DNA of 64,000 nt. It comes from an uncultured Gammaproteobacteria bacterium. Lineage in GTDB: Bacteria; Patescibacteriota; Microgenomatia; UBA12405. The stretch is taken from NCBI GenBank assembly GCA_964503465.1, contig CAZCYZ010000001.1, forward strand, positions 17,583 to 81,582, written 5' to 3'. The stretch's first letter is position 1. Each line of letters begins with the position of its first letter. A model generated the notes under the pieces. It worked only from the letters and a program-made list of their open reading frames with translations, was not told the origin of the DNA and searched no databases. Of the stretch, positions 56,356 to 64,000 are shown piece by piece. The position numbers and the translations under genes were made by a program.

Positions 56356-56426
56356 ACAATTCCCCTACACCCTAATTCAAGTTACATTTTCAGCAAAACT
56401 TCAGCCCTAGGTTATAATCTCTCATC

Positions 56427-57101
56427 ATGAGAATCTTAGTCGTCGAAGATGAACACCGTTTAGCCAATTCCATTAAAAAGGGCCTCGAACAGGAGCACTA
56501 CGCTGTCGACGTTGCCTACGATGGTCTCGACGGTTACGATCTGGCTGCCTCCGAGGATTATGACTTAATTCTCCTTGATCTAATGCTTCCTGGTATGGAC
56601 GGCCTAGCTGTTTGCCACAAGCTTCGTCAGCAACAAGATCACACTCCAATTCTTATCCTAACCGCCAAGGGTCAGGTCGAGGACAAAGTTACCGGTCTTA
56701 ATACCGGTGCCGACGATTACCTTACCAAACCATTTTCTTTTGACGAACTTCTGGCTCGAATTCGTTCTCTTACTCGTCGTCCCAAAAAATCCCTGGATCT
56801 CATTCTCACCCTTGACGATTTAAGTCTTAATACCATTACCTATGAAGTTTCTCGGGCTGGCAAACCAATCAAGCTTTCCGGTAAAGAATATTCACTTCTT
56901 GAATTCTTGCTCCGGCATCCTCGTCAGATTGTCAAAAAAGAACGTATTATTGGCCATGTTTGGGACTATGATTCCGACATCCTCCCCAACACTGTTGAGG
57001 TTTATATCAAAAACCTTCGCCGCAAAATTGACGACCCATTCTCCAAACTCCCACCGCTTATTAATACGGTTCGTGGTTTTGGTTACCGACTTGGTAATTA
57101 A
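56427..57101 (+). CDS. OmpR-family response regulator
   Basis: Receiver MRILVVEDE...DLILLDLMLPGMDG. Winged-helix output domain. TATAAT ends 10 nt before the ATG. Confidence 0.85.
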   Translation: MRILVVEDEHRLANSIKKGLEQEHYAVDVAYDGLDGYDLAASEDYDLILLDLMLPGMDGLAVCHKLRQQQDHTPILILTAKGQVEDKVTGLNTGADDYLTKPFSFDELLARIRSLTRRPKKSLDLILTLDDLSLNTITYEVSRAGKPIKLSGKEYSLLEFLLRHPRQIVKKERIIGHVWDYDSDILPNTVEVYIKNLRRKIDDPFSKLPPLINTVRGFGYRLGN

Positions 57102-57104
57102 TTT

Positions 57105-58100
57105 ATGTTTACTACTGCCCGTTTTAAGCTGACTGCCTGGTACCTGCTCATTATTATGTTTATTAGTTTTTTCTTTAGTGCCATTATCTTTCGTATGGTT
57201 AGTTTTGAAATTGAACGTTTTGCCAATCGTCAGCGTCTTCGAGTTGAGGGACCATTCTTTCAACAGGATTTTCTTCTCCCCGACATTGAGTTGATCAACG
57301 AAACCAAACAACGTTTCCTTACCACCCTTGGAATTGTTAATGGTGGTATTTTGATTATCTCTGGAGCTGCTGCTTATTACCTTGCCGGTAAAACCCTACA
57401 ACCCATCCAGGAAATGGTTGACGAGCAAAATCGTTTTATTTCCGATTCTTCCCACGAACTTCGTACTCCACTAGCCTCCCTCAAAACTGCTTTTGAGGTT
57501 AATCTACGTGATCGTCGGTTGACTCTCGCTACCGCCAAACAACTTATTACTGACAGTATTGACGAGGTTAATCGACTTCAATCACTTTCCGATGAGCTTT
57601 TAACCCTGGCTTCTTATCAAAAACCTAACGGCCATACCATTCTTACTGCTGTTGATATCAAACTTATTATTTCCGAAGCAGTTAAAAAAATTAAACCACT
57701 AGCCGCCAACAAGTCAATTACTCTAAAGTGTTCCCCCGTCAATTTGTCGGTTTTGGGCAACCGTCACAGCCTTGTTGATCTTTTTGTTATTCTCCTTGAC
57801 AATGCCGTCAAATACAGTCCTCCCAAAACTACTATTCACATATTCTCTCAAAGCCACCACCATCACCTTGATGTTTCAGTGTCCGATCAAGGTCCTGGTA
57901 TCGACCCCAAAGATATTCCTCACCTCTTTGATCGTTTCTATCGAGCTGATTCTTCTCGTACCCAGACTAATATTTCTGGCTATGGTCTGGGTCTCTCCAT
58001 CGCCAAAAAAATTGCCGATCAACATCATGCCTCAATCAAGGTTGACAGCCAATTAAACAAAGGTAGTACCTTTACAGTTAAACTTCAGCTGGCGGGCTGA
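57105..58100 (+). CDS. Sensor histidine kinase
   Basis: H-box SHELRTPLASL, N-box LLDNAVKYS, G-boxes DQGPGI and GYGLGLSIAK. Two N-terminal TM helices. Confidence 0.8.
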   Translation: MFTTARFKLTAWYLLIIMFISFFFSAIIFRMVSFEIERFANRQRLRVEGPFFQQDFLLPDIELINETKQRFLTTLGIVNGGILIISGAAAYYLAGKTLQPIQEMVDEQNRFISDSSHELRTPLASLKTAFEVNLRDRRLTLATAKQLITDSIDEVNRLQSLSDELLTLASYQKPNGHTILTAVDIKLIISEAVKKIKPLAANKSITLKCSPVNLSVLGNRHSLVDLFVILLDNAVKYSPPKTTIHIFSQSHHHHLDVSVSDQGPGIDPKDIPHLFDRFYRADSSRTQTNISGYGLGLSIAKKIADQHHASIKVDSQLNKGSTFTVKLQLAG

Positions 58101-58109
58101 CAATATCAT

Positions 58110-59273
58110 ATGCCACAAAAATACAAACTAATTGCTCTAGTAATCCTTTTAGTGTTAGGATTTACAGTCTATTTTCGTTTCTTTACTCCCAAAAAGGCTA
58201 CTTCACAGTACCAAACTTCAACTGTCTCCCGTGACAATCTTATTGCCACGGTCTCTGTCTCGGGTTCCGTTTCCAGTTCCAACAGTACTCTCATCACCAC
58301 CTCTGCCACTGGTGTCGTCACCAAAGTTTTTGTCAAAGACGGTGACACTGTTAAAACTGGTCAAAAAGTTGCACAAATTGAACTTGATCTTGTTGGTCAA
58401 CAAAATGCTCAATCAGCTTATTCTTCGTATCAGAGTGCCAAAAATTCTCTTGTCTCAGCCGAAAACGGCCTTCGGTCTGCCGAGGCCTCCCTGGCGGTCA
58501 CCTATGATCAGGTTAAAGGACACGATACCGATGAAACTCTGGCTCAAAAAGAAACTCGTACCAAAGCTGAAGTCTCCAAAGACAATGCCTATCTTGGTGT
58601 CGTCAATGCCAAAGCCAACATTTCTTCAGCCTGGCTTAAATATCAACAAAGCTCTTCCATTATATATGCCCCAATTTCTGGAACCATTTCTGGGTTAACT
58701 CTCCAGCCAGGAACAATTATTACCTCTACTAATGGCGCCAAAATTGCTAATGTCAAAACCCAAGCAAAACCACTTATTACTGCCAATTTAACCGAAGTCG
58801 ATGTTGCCAAAGTCAAACTTAATCAAAAAGCCACCATCACCTTTGATTCCATTACTGACAAAACCTTTACCGGTACTGTCTCCAGTATCGACACCGTCGG
58901 TGCAGTCAGTTCTGGGGTAACTTCTTATCCCATTGCTATTTCCCTTGATGTGGACAACAACAGTCTTTTCCCCAATATGGCCGCTACTGCCAAAATTGTC
59001 GTTGATACTCGCGATCAAGTTTTGGTTGTTCCTTCATCGGCCATCAAAACTACCAACGGTCAAACTACCGTTCAAACTTACAACAACCAAACATTAGCTA
59101 CAATTGAGATAGAATCCGGCCTCACTGATGGTTCTTACACCGAAATAATCTCTGGCCTTAATGAGGGTGATGTGATTATTACCTCCACTTCTACTTCCAC
59201 CCCCAGTCGTTCCCAGATGGGTTCTTCTCAGTCAGTTTTTGGTGGTGGTAATTTTATGAGAATGGGGCGTTAA
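58110..59273 (+). CDS. Efflux periplasmic adaptor (membrane fusion protein, MacA/HlyD family)
   Basis: N-terminal TM, coiled-coil, lipoyl/beta-barrel segments (IYAPISGTISGL). Upstream of the ABC ATPase and permease. Confidence 0.7.
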   Translation: MPQKYKLIALVILLVLGFTVYFRFFTPKKATSQYQTSTVSRDNLIATVSVSGSVSSSNSTLITTSATGVVTKVFVKDGDTVKTGQKVAQIELDLVGQQNAQSAYSSYQSAKNSLVSAENGLRSAEASLAVTYDQVKGHDTDETLAQKETRTKAEVSKDNAYLGVVNAKANISSAWLKYQQSSSIIYAPISGTISGLTLQPGTIITSTNGAKIANVKTQAKPLITANLTEVDVAKVKLNQKATITFDSITDKTFTGTVSSIDTVGAVSSGVTSYPIAISLDVDNNSLFPNMAATAKIVVDTRDQVLVVPSSAIKTTNGQTTVQTYNNQTLATIEIESGLTDGSYTEIISGLNEGDVIITSTSTSTPSRSQMGSSQSVFGGGNFMRMGR

Positions 59274-59275
59274 AT

Positions 59276-59980
59276 ATGGTAAAGGATTCTCTCATCCGCA
59301 TCGAAAAATTATCAAAAATTTATCGAACCGATATTTTGGAAACTGTCGCTTTGTCAAATGTCTCTTTTAAGATCGACAAAGGGGAATATGTTGCCATTAT
59401 GGGACCATCAGGTAGTGGCAAGTCGACTCTAATGCACATCTTGGGTGCCCTCGATCTTCCTACTAGCGGCAAATACTACCTTAATGGTCACGATGTTGGC
59501 TCACTTTCTGATGATCAATTGGCCGATATTCGTAACCGTCAAATCGGTTTTATCTTCCAGTTTTTTAATCTACTTCCTCGAACTACCACTGTCAAAAATG
59601 TTGTTTTACCAATGATTTATGCTGGTATTCCAGCTGATTTGCGCCTTCAAAGGGCCATCAAACTTTTGACACTCGTCGGATTGGGTGACCACCTCCATCA
59701 TCTTAGTAATCAACTTTCCGGAGGCCAACAACAACGTGTTGCCATTGCTCGGGCTTTAACCATGGATCCATCCATAATTTTGGCCGATGAACCTACTGGC
59801 AACATTGCCTCAGCTCAAGCCGAAGAAGTTATGTCCATCTTCCAAAAACTCAATGATAATGGCCATACCATTATTGTTATTACTCACGAACCTGATATTG
59901 CCGATCACGCCAAAAGAATCATTCTTCTTAAAGATGGCAAAATTGCATTCGATAAATATCAAAAACAAAAAAGAACATGA
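59276..59980 (+). CDS. ABC transporter ATP-binding protein (MacB/LolD-like)
   Basis: Walker [10 protein letters not shown], signature [15 protein letters not shown], Walker [10 protein letters not shown]. Confidence 0.85.
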   Translation: MVKDSLIRIEKLSKIYRTDILETVALSNVSFKIDKGEYVAIMGPSGSGKSTLMHILGALDLPTSGKYYLNGHDVGSLSDDQLADIRNRQIGFIFQFFNLLPRTTTVKNVVLPMIYAGIPADLRLQRAIKLLTLVGLGDHLHHLSNQLSGGQQQRVAIARALTMDPSIILADEPTGNIASAQAEEVMSIFQKLNDNGHTIIVITHEPDIADHAKRIILLKDGKIAFDKYQKQKRT

Positions 59981-61200
59981 AAATAGCCGAATTAATTTCC
60001 GAAAGTCTCGCCACTCTTACTCTTAATAAAGTTCGTACCGGTTTGGCGGCCTTGGGTATTGTTATTGGTATTGGTAGTGTTATTGCTTTAGTTTCTTTGG
60101 GTCAAGCCACCCAGAAATCCATTCAAAATCAAATCGAATCACTTGGATCAAACCTTTTAACTATCCAGCCCGGATCGATTAACCAAGGTGGAGTCCGTGG
60201 TGCCATGGGTGGTCGTACCACTTTAACTCTTGATGATGCTAAGGCTATTGCCTCTTCCGCCCAAATTACCACTATCAAAACTGTTTCTCCTGAAGTATCC
60301 AATCGTTCCCAAATCACCGCCGGCGGCAACAACACTAACACTCAAATTATTGGAGCCACCCCTCAATATGCCCAAGTTCACAAAGTTAGCATTAGTAATG
60401 GTTCTTTTATTTCCCAGTCCGACAATGATTCCATCAGTCGGGTAGCTGTGCTCGGGCCCCAAGTAGTTACCGATCTGTTTGGTGAAGGTAGTAATCCCAT
60501 CGGTCAATCAATCCGAATTAATCGTCAAAGTTTTGTTATTGTTGGAATTACTACCACCAAGGGCGGTACTGGTTTCAATAATCAGGACGATATTGTCTAC
60601 GTTCCTCTGTCTACTGCTCAAAAACAGCTTTTTGGTCAAAGTTATCTCGGTTCTATTGCCCTTGAAGCCAATAGTGCCGATATCATGACTGCTGCTCAAG
60701 ACGAAGTTGGATATTTTCTTTTAGCCCGTCACCAAATCTCTGATCCCACCAAGGCCGATTTTTCTATCATGTCCCAACAGGACATTATCAACACTGTCGC
60801 CAACACTACTGGCACCTTCACTACCCTGCTTTCTGGTATTGCCGCTATTTCCCTCATTGTTGGTGGTATCGGCATCATGAATATTATGCTGGTTACCGTC
60901 ACTGAACGTACTCGTGAAATTGGCCTTCGTAAGGCTCTTGGAGCCAAAAAGAAAACTATTACTCTTCAATTTCTTATTGAATCGGTTATTCTCACCTTTG
61001 TTGGTGGCATTATCGGAGTTATTGTCGGTATTATTGCTTCTTTTGTTATTTCCAGGTTAACCTCTTCATTATTTGTTATTTCCCCATTCTCTATTCTTTT
61101 GGCTTTTGCTGTTTCCGCCGCTATTGGCATTATCTTTGGTTGGTATCCCGCCAACCGTGCCTCAAATCTCCAGCCCATCGAAGCTCTAAGATATGAATAA
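59977..61200 (+). CDS. ABC transporter permease (FtsX/MacB-type)
   Basis: N-terminal TM, large periplasmic MacB_PCD-like domain, C-terminal FtsX four-helix bundle with ERTREIGLRKALGA. Confidence 0.8.
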   Translation: MKIAELISESLATLTLNKVRTGLAALGIVIGIGSVIALVSLGQATQKSIQNQIESLGSNLLTIQPGSINQGGVRGAMGGRTTLTLDDAKAIASSAQITTIKTVSPEVSNRSQITAGGNNTNTQIIGATPQYAQVHKVSISNGSFISQSDNDSISRVAVLGPQVVTDLFGEGSNPIGQSIRINRQSFVIVGITTTKGGTGFNNQDDIVYVPLSTAQKQLFGQSYLGSIALEANSADIMTAAQDEVGYFLLARHQISDPTKADFSIMSQQDIINTVANTTGTFTTLLSGIAAISLIVGGIGIMNIMLVTVTERTREIGLRKALGAKKKTITLQFLIESVILTFVGGIIGVIVGIIASFVISRLTSSLFVISPFSILLAFAVSAAIGIIFGWYPANRASNLQPIEALRYE

Positions 61201-61257
61201 TCAGTCTCTTTTCAGCTTGCTGGCTTATTATAATTTCAATTAGATATTCATCTAACA

Positions 61258-61734
61258 GTGGAAAAAACAAAAACCGATCAAAAAACCATTATTTTCGTTC
61301 TTCTTCTGGTTATTTTCTCCGGCATTTCCTTTTTTGCTGGTACTAAGTATCAGCAATCAAAAGTCCCCAATTTTGCTAATCGAGATTTTCGTCAGCAAAT
61401 GGGTGCTGGCCCCAACGGTTTCGGGAATGGTAATGGCGCTGCTAACCGTCAACGTTTTGGCGGTGGTCAAATTATGGGAGAAATTCTAAGCCAGGATGAC
61501 AAATCAATTACGGTTAAATTAGCCGATGGTAGTTCCAAAATAATTCTTTTTTCCAGCAACACCTCAATTAATAAAGCCTCAGAGGCCACTCAAACTGATT
61601 TAAAAGTTGGTGAAAAAGTTGCTGTCTTTGGTACCACCAACAGTGACGGTTCGGTTACCGCCCAAAACATTCAACTTAATCCAATTTTTCGTCAACCAAA
61701 CTTACCGCAAACTACCACTTCACCAATCCAATAA
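61258..61734 (+). CDS. Secreted/anchored hypothetical protein with DUF5666-like OB-fold segment
   Basis: N-terminal TM. KVGEKVAVFGTTNSDGSVTAQNIQLNP. Confidence 0.35.
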   Translation: MEKTKTDQKTIIFVLLLVIFSGISFFAGTKYQQSKVPNFANRDFRQQMGAGPNGFGNGNGAANRQRFGGGQIMGEILSQDDKSITVKLADGSSKIILFSSNTSINKASEATQTDLKVGEKVAVFGTTNSDGSVTAQNIQLNPIFRQPNLPQTTTSPIQ

Positions 61735-62278
61735 GACTTTTCCAGTTTTGACTCAAAAACCAGATAGTGGTTATGGCTATACTCGGGAACACCACCCAAT
61801 TTTCAAACCACTTTCCGGTTTTTATTCGCCAGCTTCTTATCGGCGGGATACCAAATTTCACCTTTAGAGGAAACAGTAGTGGCAAACCCTCCTCCGTTAA
61901 GCTATCAAGGATTAAATGGGATCCATAACCAATCATTACGGCCGCCACCACATACCCACTATCAACAAAGTTTGGGTTAAAAATTATCGGGATTAACCAG
62001 TTAATTAACTGATATACCAATACTACTCCCAGCGCCGAATGTGAAATCGTGCGATGCGACAAAAACAAATCTTTCACCACTTCTCCAATAAAATCGCCTC
62101 CCGGCAATAAATCCCACAATCGATTAGAAGCCTGGTCAATATCTGGCAGTAAAGCTCCGACAATATTGGCCACTACCACCACCAACACCGTCACTAAACT
62201 TATTTGTTCCAGGGGAAAATATATCGCTGCCACCACCAAAGACTCAAAGGCAAACAGGTCGTGAGTTCTTGACAACAT
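61712..62278 (-). CDS. Membrane-bound metal-dependent hydrolase (DUF457/YdjM-like)
   Basis: Conserved SHRTISHSALG and GYGSHLILDSLT His motifs, in a 4-5 TM protein. Confidence 0.5.
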   Translation of the reverse strand: MLSRTHDLFAFESLVVAAIYFPLEQISLVTVLVVVVANIVGALLPDIDQASNRLWDLLPGGDFIGEVVKDLFLSHRTISHSALGVVLVYQLINWLIPIIFNPNFVDSGYVVAAVMIGYGSHLILDSLTEEGLPLLFPLKVKFGIPPIRSWRIKTGKWFENWVVFPSIAITTIWFLSQNWKSLIGLVKW

Positions 62279-62661
62279 TACTTCACCTCAAACCAGTCTA
62301 TTGGTGTCCTGTCATCGGGTTCACCGTTATAGTTGACCAAAATTTCTTCTCCCTTTCTAATTGGTTTAATCGCTCGGTAAACCATACATCCAGTCTTGAA
62401 ATTTTGTTTCCAATCGGCGTTTGGTTCGTACGAGTGGTTATATACCGACCCATACCCCATTACCATCGCCGCTCCGCGGGTACTTCTCCAAGGATAAATG
62501 TATGTTCCCAAAATTGTTTTCTCGCAGTGTTTTCTCTCTTTAGTATTTAGCTTTATCACCGGACAACTTTCAATTATTTCACCTTCTTTAAAATCCTTTC
62601 CAGCAAATATTCCCCAACCTTTAAGCTTATTTATTCTTCTTGCTACTATTTTTAGTTTCAT
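62278..62661 (-). CDS. SET-domain protein (putative protein lysine methyltransferase)
   Basis: GWGIFAGKDFKEGEII, NHSYEPN, GEEILVNY are SET domain signature blocks. Confidence 0.7.
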   Translation of the reverse strand: MKLKIVARRINKLKGWGIFAGKDFKEGEIIESCPVIKLNTKERKHCEKTILGTYIYPWRSTRGAAMVMGYGSVYNHSYEPNADWKQNFKTGCMVYRAIKPIRKGEEILVNYNGEPDDRTPIDWFEVK

Positions 62662-62686
62662 TTTTCTAGTTTATCATTTCAAATCA

Positions 62687-63082
62687 TTATGGTCCGGTGG
62701 CAATCTTGGTAATTTTCCAATCATCGTTATCTTTGGTTAACTCTATCCATCTTACATTTACTCCCTCTGTCCAGAAACCTTCATTTATTATTCCCACTTC
62801 AATTTCGACTCGAAACAAATTATCTTTTTCCGGTTTAACGCTCAAAATCTTAAACTTAGTAAACTGCTCAAATTGTTTTTTCCATTCCTGTCTATCTTCG
62901 TCAGTAGCTATGTTGTCGCGACTGATCATGGCCACCACCTTGTCGATTTGTTTGGTACTTATTGCTTCTCCAAAGTTTCGAATCGTCTTTTCCTGGACAG
63001 ACAACAATGGGACAGCTGTTTTTTGACACCCGCCCATTACCCAAGTCAACCCGAACGCTAAAAAAACATTAACAAATTTCAT
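62687..63082 (-). CDS. Putative lipoprotein
   Basis: MKFVNVFLAFGLTWVMGGC is a signal peptide with a lipobox-like Cys. Confidence 0.4.
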   Translation of the reverse strand: MKFVNVFLAFGLTWVMGGCQKTAVPLLSVQEKTIRNFGEAISTKQIDKVVAMISRDNIATDEDRQEWKKQFEQFTKFKILSVKPEKDNLFRVEIEVGIINEGFWTEGVNVRWIELTKDNDDWKITKIATGP

Positions 63083-63114
63083 CCTGATCCAATTATAACT
63101 GTTACACTAATATT

Positions 63115-63696
63115 GTGAACGCCATTATCTATGCGTTTATCCTATTAGCCTCTATCAATCTTTTTGTTTTGGACTATTTTGTTTTTTCTAAGCCCGTCAC
63201 CCCATCGGTGCCAATTCCTTCTCCCACTTCAATCCCCACCCCCACCCAAATTGCCGTCAACCCCAGTCCTACTATCACTCCAACTGTCACTCTATCTACT
63301 AAACCTACCTCCATTCCCAAAACGTCAAAATCTGTCTCTTATTTTCCCATCCCAGGTAGCGGCAGCATCCTTTCCACCAAGTGGGCTGATGTTAGCGGCA
63401 CCGACTTTTACTTCGACACCAACGACTATCCTTCACTGGCGGAATCATATTTTAGTGCCAGCATCCGTCTCTTCAACGGTAATGGTACTGCTTTTGTTCG
63501 CCTTTTTGATGTTACTGCCGGCATCGAAGTCTGGGGCAGTGAAGTCAAAACCAATAGTCAAAGTTTTACTTTTGTTACCTCAGACAGACTCACTCTTCGA
63601 TCTGGCAACCATCTCTATCGAGTTCAAGCTAAATCCCTAACTGCTGATACCACTGTCTTTAATTCCGGTCAATTACGTCTTATCTCTTCACAATAG
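63115..63696 (+). CDS. Secreted hypothetical protein with PT-rich linker
   Basis: N-terminal TM/signal, then a PSPTSIPTPTQ linker, then a beta-rich C-terminus. Confidence 0.35.
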   Translation: MNAIIYAFILLASINLFVLDYFVFSKPVTPSVPIPSPTSIPTPTQIAVNPSPTITPTVTLSTKPTSIPKTSKSVSYFPIPGSGSILSTKWADVSGTDFYFDTNDYPSLAESYFSASIRLFNGNGTAFVRLFDVTAGIEVWGSEVKTNSQSFTFVTSDRLTLRSGNHLYRVQAKSLTADTTVFNSGQLRLISSQ

Positions 63697-63735
63697 ACGA
63701 GCAAGAGGCTGGCACTGGGATACCAGCCTCTTACA

Positions 63736-64000
63736 CTAATCATGGTTCCATCTTTTTACCCATAGGGCAGTTGCTATCAGCACTATTGCTGATATTGCCC
63801 AAATTTGGGTTAGTTCAAACCACCTAGTTAGCCACCCGGATATCAACAATCCTACTATTGCTCCGATTGACCCTGCCGCTGATTTTAGTGAGTTTTTGGT
63901 GTTTCGTACATTGTTTTCTACTCTCCTATTAAAGTAGCCCCACAAAATTGGACCAATACCTCCACGGCCAATCTCGTGCAACAAAAACACTCCCACCAGT
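63736..64000 (-). CDS. Membrane protein, C-terminal fragment (the ORF continues beyond the window end)
   Basis: No stop is reached upstream before the window edge. The product is hydrophobic. Confidence 0.3.
   Translation of the reverse strand, partial: LVGVFLLHEIGRGGIGPILWGYFNRRVENNVRNTKNSLKSAAGSIGAIVGLLISGWLTRWFELTQIWAISAIVLIATALWVKRWNHD

Overview
This is a 64 kb chromosomal segment, low GC, with mostly short and tightly packed genes. The gene content (t6A tsaD plus a tsaC-tsaE fusion, a dnaG-rpoD operon, many small membrane and secreted proteins, very large surface proteins) is consistent with an ultra-small bacterium such as a Candidate Phyla Radiation/Patescibacteria lineage. That placement is inference, not measured.

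Housekeeping genes I can support from motifs: VanW-domain protein (5' partial), TsaD, TsaC-TsaE fusion, ribosomal protein L25/Ctc, TrpRS with an N-terminal YbaK-like domain, MFS transporters, polyprenyl synthase, HD hydrolase, ATP-grasp ligase, DnaG, RpoD, histidine phosphatase, HAD hydrolase, ECF sigma/anti-sigma pair, a thiol-disulfide module (Trx-like / DUF318 permease / CxxC protein / CcdA), SAM methyltransferase, XRE regulator, two tandem GH130-like glycoside phosphorylase paralogs, L-lactate permease, OmpR-type two-component system, a MacAB-like efflux ABC system, and a SET-domain protein.

RNA genes: tRNA-Trp(CCA), tRNA-Ile(UAU), two tRNA(CAU), tRNA-Asn(GUU), plus several truncated or chimeric tRNA fragments. 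I found no rRNA and no CRISPR array.

The most unusual structures, in order of interest:
1. Two loci (10.68-11.33 kb and 28.41-28.85 kb) where a ~90-aa GIY-YIG (UPF0213/YhbQ-like) nuclease gene sits between perfect 29-36 bp direct repeats. The repeats are made of tRNA-gene sequence interrupted by a 16-17 bp TCCG...CGGA palindrome. Each locus is next to an intact tRNA and carries partial tRNA copies with duplicated promoters. A tyrosine recombinase gene lies nearby. I read this as an undescribed tRNA-associated GIY-YIG mobile or selfish element family.
2. A 40-55 bp G/C-rich imperfectly palindromic dispersed repeat present four times. Three copies sit in-frame inside the essential t6A genes, in the manner of Rickettsia palindromic elements.
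3. A TsaC-TsaE fusion, and a YbaK(deacylase)-TrpRS fusion close to a tRNA-Trp that has C33.
4. A compositionally distinct ~7 kb island of unknown proteins (plus AroE-like, M23 peptidase, NUDIX) immediately downstream of tRNA-Asn, with a conserved upstream palindromic motif and TATAAT boxes abutting start codons (leaderless mRNAs).
5. A membrane-anchored VirD4/VirB4-like ATPase cluster.
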